From assembly GCA_963768765.1 (NCBI GenBank), contig CAVYJK010000032.1:106318-170317 (forward strand): a stretch of 64,000 nucleotides of DNA, read 5' to 3'. Of the stretch, positions 53,129 to 63,038 are shown in pieces. A model generated the notes under the pieces. The model worked only from the letters and a program-made list of their open reading frames with translations, did not search any database and had not been told where the DNA came from. Made by a program: the position numbers and the translations under genes. The number at the start of each line of letters is the position of its first letter. Positions within the stretch are counted from its first letter, which is position 1. Source of the DNA: an uncultured delta proteobacterium. GTDB taxonomy: Bacteria > Desulfobacterota > Desulfobaccia > Desulfobaccales > 0-14-0-80-60-11.

Positions 53129-53851
53129 TTAGAGGTTCAAGGTCAGGGTATAAACCTGGCCGCTATCCCGGTCCTGGAGCTGCAGGCGCAGGGCTTGGGG
53201 TCGGCCCGCCTCCCGGGGGAAGAGGATGAGCCCGTAGGCCAGCTCCCCCGGCTTGATGGGAGTATTTTTCAGGTTGCGCCGGGAGAGGTCCTCGGTGATG
53301 CTGCGGGGCACCTGGGTCGCGGTGGCGCCCTGGGCCCCGCCCATGACGGCCCCGGTGGCCGCCCCCAGGGTGAGGCCCCGCAGGGCAAACTCACCGGCGC
53401 CATGTCCCGCCACCACCCCCACCGCGGCCCCGAGGAGGGCCCCGGTGGCGGTGCCCAGCAAGGCTCCCTGGGTGGCGCCCTTCACCGTCTCCTGGAGGCC
53501 GGTGCCCAGTCTTACCCGCTCATAGGCCTCGGTGTCGGAGAGCACCGGGGAGATCTCCTGTCTCTGATTGACGAGAAAGGTCTGAGAGGGCACGATCACC
53601 AGGGTCTGGCCGCCCCGGTTGTCGAAACTCACCTGCACCGGCAGGAGCCCGGCCCGGATGATATTGAAGCCAAAGGCCTGTTGGGCCTCTTCTTCCTTGT
53701 CCCAGGCCCGGGCCGCCACGTAGGCGCCGGCCACCCTTTGCACGTTGGCGGAGGCTTCCGGCAGCTTGTAGGGGGTCACCCTGGGTTCATAGGTGGCGCA
53801 TCCCTGGAAAACCAGGGTCAGGATCAAAACCGAAACGGCAAGGCGATGCAT
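53129..53851 (-). CDS. hypothetical lipoprotein with a Gly-zipper-like segment
   Basis: MHRLAVSVLILTLVFQGC lipobox-like sequence. GALLGTATGALLGAAVGVVAGHGAG glycine-zipper-like stretch. Confidence 0.55.
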   Translation of the reverse strand: MHRLAVSVLILTLVFQGCATYEPRVTPYKLPEASANVQRVAGAYVAARAWDKEEEAQQAFGFNIIRAGLLPVQVSFDNRGGQTLVIVPSQTFLVNQRQEISPVLSDTEAYERVRLGTGLQETVKGATQGALLGTATGALLGAAVGVVAGHGAGEFALRGLTLGAATGAVMGGAQGATATQVPRSITEDLSRRNLKNTPIKPGELAYGLILFPREAGRPQALRLQLQDRDSGQVYTLTLNL

Positions 53852-54030
53852 AGTCATCTCCTGGTTGGGCAAGATCAAAGGCTTTGGGGCAAACCGAATC
53901 TTTGCTAGTCCCGGGCTGGGAGAAGAAGCCTTTCTTCCCCGCTCCTCTTGACCAGGGGGAAACGCGGCTGCTTTTATATATTTAAGATTAAGAAAGGGCG
54001 ATCTTATTAATCTAATTTTGGACCCTTACC

Positions 54031-54813
54031 TTAGGACTTCACCGGCAGAATTATGCGGGTAACTTCCTGGCAGCGCCCCTGGGGGTTGATTTTCAGCAGC
54101 ACCCCCTGGAGCTGGATGTTCTGGGCCGCCACCTTGAAGGGCTGGGGTCGCTGGCTCCAAAAACGCTCCAGGATGATCTCCTTTTTCATGCCGATGACCG
54201 AGTCCACCGGGCCGGTCATGCCGGCGTCGCTGATGTAGCCGGTGCCGCCGGGCAACACCCGCTCGTCCGCGGTTTGCACGTGGGTATGGGTGCCCACCAC
54301 CGCGCTCACCCGGCCGTCCAGGAACCAGCCCATGGCCTGCTTCTCGCTGGTAGCCTCGGCGTGCATGTCCACCAGGATGACCTTGACTTCCCGGGGCAGG
54401 CCGGCCAGGATTTGCTCGACGGTGCGGAAAGGGCACTCCAGGGGGTTCATGAAGACCCGGCCCTCCAGGTTGATCACCGCGGCCCGCTCACCGGCGGCGG
54501 TCTCCACGATGGCGACACCCCGCCCGGGGGTGTCCGGCGGGTAGTTGGCCGGCCTGAGCAGGCGGTCCGTCTCATCCAGGTAAGGGAGAATCTCTTTGTG
54601 TTTCCAGATGTGGTTGCCGCTGGTGAGGAGATCGATGCCCTGGCTCAGGAGCTGGTCCGCCACCTGGGGGGTGATGCCGATGCCGCCGGAGGCGTTTTCG
54701 CCGTTGGCCACCACCAGGTCGATGAAACCGCGATCCACCAGCCGGGGCAGGAGCTCTTCCACGGCGCGCCGGCCCGGCGCCCCCACGATATCGCCGATAA
54801 ATAAAATATTCAT
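54031..54813 (-). CDS. YmdB-like metallophosphoesterase (TIGR00282 family)
   Basis: MNILFIGDIVG..VVANGENASGG.G.., ..GNHIW.., ..DMHAEATSEK.., ..GTHTHVQTAD... Adjacent to rny, as in many bacteria. Confidence 0.85.
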   Translation of the reverse strand: MNILFIGDIVGAPGRRAVEELLPRLVDRGFIDLVVANGENASGGIGITPQVADQLLSQGIDLLTSGNHIWKHKEILPYLDETDRLLRPANYPPDTPGRGVAIVETAAGERAAVINLEGRVFMNPLECPFRTVEQILAGLPREVKVILVDMHAEATSEKQAMGWFLDGRVSAVVGTHTHVQTADERVLPGGTGYISDAGMTGPVDSVIGMKKEIILERFWSQRPQPFKVAAQNIQLQGVLLKINPQGRCQEVTRIILPVKS

Positions 54814-54825
54814 ATAGGCAGGACC

Positions 54826-56389
54826 TTACTTGGCGTACTCCACCGCCCGGGTCTCCCGGATGACGGTGACCTTGATCTGGCCCGGATAAGAGAGGTCCTG
54901 CTCGATCTTTTTGGCCACTTCCCGGCTGAGCAGCACCGCCTCTTCGTCGGTCACCCGCTCGCTCTCGACAATGAGCCGGATTTCCCGGCCGGCCTGGATG
55001 GCGTAGGATTTGCTGATGCCGCCGAAGGACAGGGCCACTTTCTCCAGGTCCTCCAGCCGCTTAACGTAGGTCTCCAGCATCTCCCGCCGGGCGCCGGGGC
55101 GGGCCCCGCTCAGAGTGTCGGCGGCCTGCACCAGCACTTCCAGGATGTTCTCCGGAGGCACGTCTTCGTGGTGGGCCGCGATGGCGTGCACCACCTTGGG
55201 GGACTCGCCGTAGCGCTTGGCCAGGTCCGCGCCGATGAGGGCGTGCACCCCTTCGGCCTCCTGGTCCACCGCCTTACCGATGTCGTGCAGCAGCCCGGCC
55301 CGCTTGGCGTGCTTGACGTTCAACCCCAGCTCCGCAGCCATAATGCCGCAGAGATAGCAGACCTCCACCGAATGCTGCAGGACGTTCTGGGCGTAGCTGG
55401 TGCGGAACTTCAATTTCCCCAGGAGCTTGACGAGTTCCGGGTGGAGCCCGTGGACCCCGGCGTCGAAGGCCGCGTCTTCGCCCGCCTCCCGGATGTTGAC
55501 TTCCAGTTCCTGGGTGACCTTTTCCACGATCTCTTCGATGCGCCCCGGGTGGATGCGGCCGTCGGAGATGAGGCGCTCCAGGCTGCGGCGGGCCACCTCC
55601 CGGCGCACCGGGTTGAAGGCGCTCAGGATCACCGCCTCCGGGGTGTCGTCGATGATGATGTCCACCCCGGTGGCCGCCTCCAGGGCCCGGATGTTGCGGC
55701 CCTCCCGGCCGATGATGCGGCCCTTCATCTCTTCATTGGGCAGCGCCACCACCGACACCGTCTGCTCCGCCACGTAGTCGGAGGCGTAGCGCTTGATGGC
55801 CAGGGCGATGATCTCCTTGGCCTTGCGGTCGGCGTGCTCCCGGGCCTCGGTTTCGATGCGCTTCGCCAACCGGGCGGCATCGGCCCGGATTTCCTGCTCC
55901 ATGGACCGCAGGAGAAAGTCCTTGGCCTCCTGGGCGCTCATCCCGGCCAGCTGCTCCAGGCGGGTATTTTGCTCGGCCAGCAAGTGCTGGTAGCTCTCGG
56001 TCTGGACCTTTAATTCTTCCTCGTGCTGGGCCACCAGCTTGTGCTTCTTGATGAGTTCGGTGTCCCGCTCATCCAGGAGAGTCCCTTTCTTCTCCAGATG
56101 CTCCTCTCGCTGGAGCAGGCGGCGTTCCAGCTGGTTGAGCTCCTGGCGCCGGTCGTGGGTCTCCTTTTCAAAATCCATTTTCATCTGCAGGAGCTGGTCC
56201 TTGGCCTGCAGCTTGGTCTCTTTCTTGATGGTTTCGGCTTCCTTGCGGGCTTCATCCAGGATCTTTTTCCCCAGGGCTCTCCAGGGACTGCTGATTCCGC
56301 TCCTTCACATACTTGTGGTAGAAAAAGCCCGCCACAAATCCGACGATGATGGTGAGGAAGTCCATCAGGATGTACTTTAATATATCCAT
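54826..56389 (-). CDS. rny: ribonuclease Y, frameshifted near 56269-56277 as sequenced
   Basis: N-terminal [40 protein letters not shown].. (from ATG 56389) is in a different frame from [19 protein letters not shown] domain..HD domain (LLHDIGKA). Length mod 3 = 1. Confidence 0.85.
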
Positions 56390-56846
56390 GTGATTGTCCT
56401 TGAGCTTATATCTTTACGGCCGCGCTCCGACGCCTCAGGCGCTAAGGCCGGAGTGGGCCAGGTAGTACAACGTTTAGGCAAATGCAGGCGAGTGGGAGGC
56501 GGCGGCCGGGGGCCGCGGGGGAAAGGTGCGGGCGGAAAGGGGTGAACGGCTACGCTGAGACTGGCTCAGCTGGGAAAGAACAAAGTTTACAGAATTCTCG
56601 GTGGAGGAATGGATACAATCTTATTCGGTATCTTTCGTCCCTTCCTCCTTTGGGCCATCATTCTCTCAGAACTTGCAGAGAGTTAAAAGTCAGAGGCAAA
56701 TTCTACGGGTCAATATTTCTGACCGGTACGTTGATTTGATTCCGCCCGGAATAATTTGTTGTTCCCCTCGCCACTCACCCCATGCCTTATCACTTCCTGG
56801 AAAAGCGGCGTGCTGCCAGGCAGTCAGAACTGCTCCGGCGCTCACC

Positions 56847-57134
56847 TCAGGGTCCAGGGGGAGCGTGCGCCTCTTGCGTTTCCAGCATCTCGATGAGCTG
56901 TCTGGATCGCTGCTCCACTTCGGCTTGGAGTTGCTGGTAGTCCTCCTTGCTCTCCAGGCATTCATATGCCAGGTTAAGTGCGGCCAGGATGGCCAAGTCG
57001 CTCAGGGGGCTGGCAGGAAAGGTTCGCTGCAGTTCCCGCAGTTGTTCATCCAGCAGCCGCGCCACGTGCTGCAGGCTTTCCGGTGTGATACTCCCCCTCA
57101 GGGTAAAGGTGCGCCCCAAAATTTCCACGATCAC
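56847..57134 (-). CDS. zapA: cell division protein ZapA
   Basis: MIVEILGRTFTLRG....LQHVARLLDEQLRELQ..LAILAALNLAYE. Confidence 0.8.
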   Translation of the reverse strand: MIVEILGRTFTLRGSITPESLQHVARLLDEQLRELQRTFPASPLSDLAILAALNLAYECLESKEDYQQLQAEVEQRSRQLIEMLETQEAHAPPGP

Positions 57135-57157
57135 CGGCTTTTGCTCCTGGTCCGGTT

Positions 57158-57436
57158 TTATGCTGATTCTCCCGTATCTAAGATTTCCAGCCGATTCAGG
57201 ATCTTATCGATCCGCTGACGGACCATCTCCCGTTCCCGGGAGACTTTTTCCAAGGCGGCCTGGACTTCTTTGAGAGCCTGTTCCTTGTCGGCCAGGGCGG
57301 CCTGGGTTTCTTTGATAGCCTGTTCCTTGTCGGTCAGGGTTTTTTGTAAGGCGTGGTTGGCCTCCTTCAGGCTGGCCATCTGGCCCAGGACCTTTTCCAG
57401 TTTCTGTTCCAGTACGGTGAAAAGATCGGTAACCAA
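57158..57436 (-). CDS. ZapB-like coiled-coil cell division protein
   Basis: 92-aa all-coiled-coil protein (LEQKLEKVLGQMASLKEANHALQK..) directly upstream of zapA. Confidence 0.6.
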   Translation of the reverse strand: MVTDLFTVLEQKLEKVLGQMASLKEANHALQKTLTDKEQAIKETQAALADKEQALKEVQAALEKVSREREMVRQRIDKILNRLEILDTGESA

Positions 57437-57475
57437 CGCTCTCCCCTCAATCTTTAAATGATTGTGCTTTTGCGG

Positions 57476-59714
57476 TCAGCAAATGTCAAGCATTTTTCCA
57501 GCCTTAGTTGGGGTTAGGGCCTCCTTGAGGCGGGGGGCCAGGTAGGTGTAGCGCCGGACGGGCCGGTCGTTCTTAATGGCCATGGCCAGGGCCCGTTTGC
57601 TGCCCAGGAGCACCACCAGGCGGCGGCCCCGGGTGATGGCGGTGTAAAGCAGGTTGCGCTGCAGCATCATATAGTGGTGGGTGGTGAGCACCAGGAGGAC
57701 CCCGGGAAATTCGCTGCCCTGGGCCTTGTGCACCGTCACCGCGTAGGCCAGGGTGAGTTCCTCCCGCTCACCGGGGTCGTAAGTGACCACCCGCCCGTCA
57801 AAATCCACCTGCAGCTGGCCGGTGGCGGGGACAAACCCGCAGACTACCCCGATATCGCCGTTGAACACCTCCTTGTAATAATTGTTCCGGAGCTGCATGA
57901 CCTTGTCCCGCCGGCGGTAGACCCGGCCGCCCCAGGACCAGCGGGGGCTGTGGGGGTTGAGGTGGCTTTGCAGCTCGTGGTTCAGGTTCTGGATGCCCAC
58001 GGGGCCCCGGTGCATGGGGGTGATGACCTGCAGGTCCTTAAACGGGTCCAGCCCGTAGAGCCGGGGAATTTCCCCGGCCACCAGGTCCAGCAACCGGGCC
58101 TTGATGGCCTGGGGGTCGTCCATCTCCAGGAAAACGAAGTCCACCTTGCCGAGCTTCTGGGACAGAACGGGAAATTCCCCCTGGTTGACGCGGTGGGCGT
58201 TGACCACGATGAGGCTCTCCCGGGCCTGCCGGTAGATCTGGGTGAGGCGCACCACCTTGATGACCCCGGAGTCCATCAAATCTTTGAGGATGTTGCCCGG
58301 GCCCACCGCGGGGAGCTGGTTGGCATCCCCCACCAGGATGAGGCGGGCTTGGGGCGGGATGGCCCGGAGCAGGTGATACATCAGGTAGGTGTCCACCATG
58401 GAGGTTTCGTCCACCACCACCACCTCCGCCCGCAGGGGTTCGGCGGGATTGCGGCGGAAACCCCCGATTTGCGGCGAAAACTCCAGGGCCCGGTGGATGG
58501 TGGCGGCCGGGGCCCCGGTGGTTTCGCTCAGGCGCTTGGCGGCCCGGCCGGTGGGGGCCATGAGAAGGACCCGGGCCCCCAATCCCTGGTAGATATCCAG
58601 GATGCAGCTGACGATGGTGGTCTTGCCGGTGCCCGGGCCGCCGGTGATGATGAGGATCTTTTCCTGGAGGGCCGCGGCCACCGCGGCGTTCTGCTCGGCG
58701 GAGAGCTCGATCTGCCGCGCCCGTTGCACCTGGGACACCAGGTCGTCCAGGTGCAGGGGGGGCGAGGCCCCCCGGGCGGTGGCCAGACGCCCCAGGGCCT
58801 GGGCCACGCCGGTTTCCGCCACCCAGGCCTGCTTCTTGTATACCCCCCGCCCCTGGGGCATCTGCGAGAGCACCACCCGGGCCTCCCGGGCCAGTTGGTT
58901 CAGGGACCGGGCCAGGGGCTCCGCCTTGACCTGGAGCAGCTCCCGGGCCTGGCTCCAGCAACAGGTCTTCGGGGACGTAGACGTGGCCCTCCCCGCCCAT
59001 GGTGTCCAGGACGTGAAGCAGCCCCGCGGCCAGCCGGGCCGGGGCCAGGGGGTCCAGATTGAGGCGGCCCGCCAGGCGGTCCGCGGTTAGAAAACCCAGG
59101 CCCTGGATGTCCAGGGCCAACTGATAGGGGTTGGTGGTGACGATTTCCGCCGCGGCGGCGCCGTACTTCTGGTAAATTTTGGTGGCGTGGGCGAGACCCA
59201 CGCCCAGGCCCTGGAGGGCCACCAGGACCTCCCGCATCTCGACGCGCTCCTGCCAGTCCTGGCGGATCTGCTTGAGCCGCTTGGGCCCGATCCCCGGCAC
59301 CTCCGCCAGCCGCTCCGGGTGGTCATCGATGACCTTCAGGGTCTCGGGGCCGAAATGGGCCACCAGGCGCTGGGCCAGCTCCGAGCCGATGCCCTTGATG
59401 AGCCCGGAGGCCAGGTATTTCTCGATGCCGGCCACGGTGGCGGGCAGCACCGCGTACCACCAGACCACCTTAAACTGCTCCCCCCACTTGGGGTGCATCT
59501 CGTAGGCGCCCTTGAGATGCAGCTGCTCGCCCTCCTGCACGCTGGCCAGGGGACCCACCACGGTGACGGGCTGGCGCCGGCCCTTCACCTTCAGGCGCAC
59601 CACCGCGTAATGGCTCTCCGGGTCGGCGAAGGTGACCCTCTCCACCGATCCCTCCAGGGTTTCCAGGGGTTGGGAGGTGAGCTCAGCCGGAATGGGAGGG
59701 TTGGGATGGGCCAT
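57476..59714 (-). CDS. RecD2-like SF1 ATP-dependent DNA helicase, frameshifted near 58950-58953 as sequenced
   Basis: N-terminal part from ATG 59714 (..VERVTFADPESHYAVVRLKV.., HhH ..VPGIGPKRLKQI..) up to ..HVYVPEDLLLE. It continues in the other frame as ARELLQVKAEPL..ITGGPGTGKTT (Walker A)..VGDANQLP..TVHKAQGSEF. Confidence 0.8.
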
Positions 59715-59772
59715 ATCCAAGGAATGGGGGGAGTCCGAGGGCCAAGGTGGCGCTATTTGCCATGCCGCTGCC

Positions 59773-60054
59773 TCAGACAGGTTTTTCGGCCGGCTCGGTG
59801 AGGATCTTTTGGCTGATCCCCCGGCCCAGGGCGACCCGGCCGCCGTTGACGCCCACAATGATGAGGCCGCGGTTATTTTGCAAGACGTCCACTTCCCGGC
59901 CCAGGTTGAGGCCCAGGGCCAACAGGCGGGCCCGCAGCATCCGGCCGCCCCGGTAGCCGGTGATTCTCACCCGTTTGCCAGCCGGAGCTGTGGCCAGGGA
60001 CTGCTCCTCGAGACCCACTTCGCCCGCCATCAGTTCACCATCCTTTTTTACCAA
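59773..60054 (-). CDS. feoA: FeoA-domain protein
   Basis: ..GKRVRITGYRGGRMLRARLLALGLNLGREVDVLQNN.GLIIVGVNGGRVALGRGISQKI. The start may be the internal ATG at 60030. Confidence 0.65.
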   Translation of the reverse strand: MVKKDGELMAGEVGLEEQSLATAPAGKRVRITGYRGGRMLRARLLALGLNLGREVDVLQNNRGLIIVGVNGGRVALGRGISQKILTEPAEKPV

Positions 60055-60063
60055 GTGGTATCC

Positions 60064-60498
60064 TTAATCCGCCTCCCGGCAGTTGGTGCAGTAACCGTGC
60101 ACCTCCAACTGGTGCCCTTTGATTTGGTAGCCGTAGTCCCTGGCCAGTTGCTCTTCCAGGGGCTTCAGGGCCGGCCCTTGGAACTCCCGGATCTCTCCGC
60201 ATCCCAGGCACCGGAGGTGGTGGTGCTGGTCGTGGCCGTAGATGTGCTCATAGTGCCAGTGGCCGTCGCGGAAATCCACCTCCCGGATGAGACCGCAGTC
60301 GATGAACAGGGGCAGGGCGCGATAGATGGAGGCCTTGGAAACCTTGGCCCCCTTGGTTTTGAGCAGCAGATAGAGCTCGTCCACGTCGAAATGCCCGTGG
60401 ATCGTGAAGATTTCCCGGAGAATCAGCTCCCGCTCCGGGGTGCGCCGCAGGCCCCGCTGGCGGATGTAATCCTGGAATACCTGGATCTCCGATCTCAT
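60064..60498 (-). CDS. fur: Fur-family transcriptional regulator
   Basis: GLRRTPERELILREIF...HFDVDELY..HHHLRCLGCG..CTNC. Confidence 0.85.
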   Translation of the reverse strand: MRSEIQVFQDYIRQRGLRRTPERELILREIFTIHGHFDVDELYLLLKTKGAKVSKASIYRALPLFIDCGLIREVDFRDGHWHYEHIYGHDQHHHLRCLGCGEIREFQGPALKPLEEQLARDYGYQIKGHQLEVHGYCTNCREAD

Positions 60499-60512
60499 AA
60501 GCTACTTTTTTT

Positions 60513-60538
60513 ATTGAGAATTAATTACAATAATATCT
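60513..60538 (-). promoter_or_regulatory. candidate Fur box upstream of fur
   Basis: The minus strand reads GATATTATTGTAATTAATTCTCAAT. This is AT-rich with GATAAT-like hexamers, 15-40 nt upstream of the fur ATG. Confidence 0.4.
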
Positions 60539-60599
60539 TAACCGGCGAAAAAGTCAAGACCAACCTTGGGCCCCGCATGTTTTTGCGAATCGGAGGCCT

Positions 60600-60730
60600 G
60601 GTGGGCTGTGCCCACCCTAGGTCGTGCGGCCTCTGTCCTCTCAGTAGTGTATTCCATCGATGAGATGGTTAGGATCTCCCGTAGGGGCGGGGTCTCTCCG
60701 CCTTATAGGGGCGAGTAAACCTCGCCCCTA
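60600..60730. repeat. palindromic hairpin cluster
   Basis: GGTGGGCTGTGCCCACC (60600-16). GTAGGGGCGGGGTCTCTCCGCC..TAGGGGCGAGtaaacCTCGCCCCTAC (60681-60730). Confidence 0.8.
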
Positions 60731-60924
60731 CAACATCGCCGGGATTTGCTCTTCTGACAACGCCGGGAAATTTGTCAAATAATTTATGGGACGCAACCCT
60801 ATTCTTGGCTGAAGCTGCAAGCTGACTGCTGACAGCTAATTTCATCCCAAGCCTGTCATCTGGCGGTGCCGGCAAAAAACAAGGGAGGCCGATGGCGGCG
60901 GCCTCCCTTGGAACCCAGGGCGGT

Positions 60925-61338
60925 TCAGCGCGCCAGCTGCCGGGCCTTCCGGAAGGCTTCCTGGGCCTCTTTGTCCTTGGCCCGGTCCTGATAAAACTGC
61001 CCCAGATAGTTCCAACCCTCGGCGTAGTCGGGCTTCAATTGGACGGCCTTACGCAGTTCCGCCTCGGCTTCCGCATATTTGCCGTCCCGGGCCAGGGCGC
61101 TGCCCAGGAGGCTGTGGGCTTCGGCCCAATCAGGCTTGGTGGAGACCGCCCGGCGGAAGGATTGCACCGCTTCGGTATCCCGGCCTTCCCCGGCCAGGAT
61201 GAGTCCGGACTTGAGATAATCCTGGGCGGCCTTTTCGGTAAACCCTTTTTCCTTTTCAGCCGCATTGCTGGCCCAAACCTGGGCGCTGCCCAGGGCCAAA
61301 AAGATGGCTAACATTATCGCAACTGTCCATCGACCCAT
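60925..61338 (-). CDS. secreted TPR-repeat protein
   Basis: Signal peptide MGRWTVAIMLAIFLALGSAQVWA, followed by about three TPR-like units (..AEAHSLLGSALARDGKYAEAEAELRKAVQLKPDYAEGWNYLG..). Confidence 0.7.
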   Translation of the reverse strand: MGRWTVAIMLAIFLALGSAQVWASNAAEKEKGFTEKAAQDYLKSGLILAGEGRDTEAVQSFRRAVSTKPDWAEAHSLLGSALARDGKYAEAEAELRKAVQLKPDYAEGWNYLGQFYQDRAKDKEAQEAFRKARQLAR

Positions 61339-61376
61339 GTCGTTCTCCTTGAAGTAAATTTTATGCTCCAGGACCG

Positions 61377-61460
61377 GGTGGCGGGTTTAGAACCCGCCAC
61401 CTCGCAAGTTATCGCCGGAACGCAATTGATGGCGCTTTTCCCGGCGTGATAAATCACGCC
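61377..61460. repeat. two short palindromes
   Basis: GTGGGCGGGtttagaaCCCGCCAC (61377-61400). GGCGTGATaaATCACGCC (61443-60), related to 21632-21653. Confidence 0.7.
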
Positions 61461-61490
61461 GCTACCATCTGCCACCTGCCAACCACCCCT

Positions 61491-62228
61491 TCAGCTCAAA
61501 GGCCCCACCGCGGCCAGGTAGAGAGCCACCTCCTCGATGCCGTCCACTTTCAGGAGCGCTTCCACCTCCTCGTCGAAGAAGGCCCCCACCGGGCAGACCC
61601 CCAGCGTCAGGGCGGTGGCCGCCAGCATCAGGTTCTGGCAGATGTGACCCGCGTCCAGGAAGAGATACCGGATGGCCCTCTCCCGGTATTTCCACATGGC
61701 CCGGTTGAGCACCCCGGTCCAGATGAAGACCACACCCGCGGTGCCTAGAAACTCTTGGCCCAGACCCGCTTCCACCAGTTCCCGGCGGCAGTCCCCGGGG
61801 GAGACGAGCTCCAGGGAGGCGGCCGGCACCTGGTAGTGCCAGATGCCCGGCTCCACCCCTTCCACCCGGTGCACCGCCAGATAGGTTTCCACCGGGTAGA
61901 GGGCCCCGGCGGAAGGGGAAGCCCGCAGCAGCAAATTGCCCGCCGCCGCGGTGATGCCCTGGGTGGCCCACAGGAGGTCGGCCAGCTCTTCCAAGGTCAG
62001 GGGGCGGTGCTGGTAGCGGCGCTCCGAGCGGCGCCGGGCCAGACACTGCCATAGGTCAGCGGTGGTTCCGTCGGCCCGGGGTTTCAGGCTGAGGCGCCGG
62101 GCCGCCTGGGGATACTCCTTGTACGAGGGGGCCCGGGGATAGGCCTGGCCTGGCTCTCCCAGGTCGCGGCGGCGGTAGCGGCTCTCGGTCAGGTAGCGGC
62201 GGCCGCTGCCCGGCGCCTGGGAGTTCAC
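61491..62228 (-). CDS. SagB/ThcOx-family nitroreductase-fold dehydrogenase
   Basis: ..RRSERRY....[44 protein letters not shown].. Confidence 0.75.
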   Translation of the reverse strand: MNSQAPGSGRRYLTESRYRRRDLGEPGQAYPRAPSYKEYPQAARRLSLKPRADGTTADLWQCLARRRSERRYQHRPLTLEELADLLWATQGITAAAGNLLLRASPSAGALYPVETYLAVHRVEGVEPGIWHYQVPAASLELVSPGDCRRELVEAGLGQEFLGTAGVVFIWTGVLNRAMWKYRERAIRYLFLDAGHICQNLMLAATALTLGVCPVGAFFDEEVEALLKVDGIEEVALYLAAVGPLS

Positions 62229-63025
62229 AGGGCCCCCTTGGCCCGCTCCTGGCGGGGGCGGTTGCGCTCGTAAATGATCTTCAGGCCCTTCAAAGTAAGG
62301 TAGTCGTCCACCGTGTCGATGCTCTTGGTTTCCGAGGCGATGAGACAGGCCAGGCCGCCGGTGGCGATGACCCGCACCTTATCCCGTCCCAGGGCGTCCT
62401 TGATGCGGGCCACGATGCCGTCCACCAGCCCGGCGTAGCCGTAAATGATCCCGGCATTCATGCTGCTGATGGTGTCCTTGGCGATGATGCTCTTGGGCTT
62501 GGCGAAGATCTCCACCCGGGGCAGCTTGGAGGCCTTGAGGAACAAAGCCTCGCAGGAAATCATCACCCCGGGGGCGATGACTCCGCCCAGATACTCCCCC
62601 TGGCGGGAGACCACGTCGAAGGTGGTGGCAGTGCCGAAGTCCACCACTACGGCCGCGCCGTGCACCTGCTCGAAGGCCGCCACCGCGTTGACGATGCGGT
62701 CGGCGCCCACTTCCCGGGGATTGTCGTAGTGAATGGGCATGCCGGTCTTGATGCCCGGGCCTACCCACAGGGGCCGCACCTTCAAGTAACGCTGGGCGAA
62801 GCCCTCCAGGGTGTTGTTCATGGGGGGCACCACGCAGGAGATGATGAGGTCGATGCCGGGCATGAGCGTCAGCCCCTGGGCCTGGAAGAGGTTGCGCATC
62901 AGGATGCCCAGCTCGTCGATGGTGGCCTCCTTCTCCGTGCGGATGCGCCAGTCGCTCAGAAGTTGGTCATCGTCGTAGACCCCGATGACCATGTTGGTGT
63001 TGCCCACATCCATCACCACCAGCAT
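62225..63025 (-). CDS. coaX: type III pantothenate kinase
   Basis: [17 protein letters not shown].., ..[11 protein letters not shown].., ..[11 protein letters not shown].., ..ATGGLA... Confidence 0.9.
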   Translation of the reverse strand: MLVVMDVGNTNMVIGVYDDDQLLSDWRIRTEKEATIDELGILMRNLFQAQGLTLMPGIDLIISCVVPPMNNTLEGFAQRYLKVRPLWVGPGIKTGMPIHYDNPREVGADRIVNAVAAFEQVHGAAVVVDFGTATTFDVVSRQGEYLGGVIAPGVMISCEALFLKASKLPRVEIFAKPKSIIAKDTISSMNAGIIYGYAGLVDGIVARIKDALGRDKVRVIATGGLACLIASETKSIDTVDDYLTLKGLKIIYERNRPRQERAKGAL

Positions 63026-63038
63026 GAGCGTCTCCCTC

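Noticed and set aside
56560-56780. Confident 6S RNA (ssrS) annotation downstream of zapA
   Set aside because: Synteny is suggestive, but I could not fold the region into the characteristic long rod with a central bubble. It is kept only as a low-confidence finding, not a feature.
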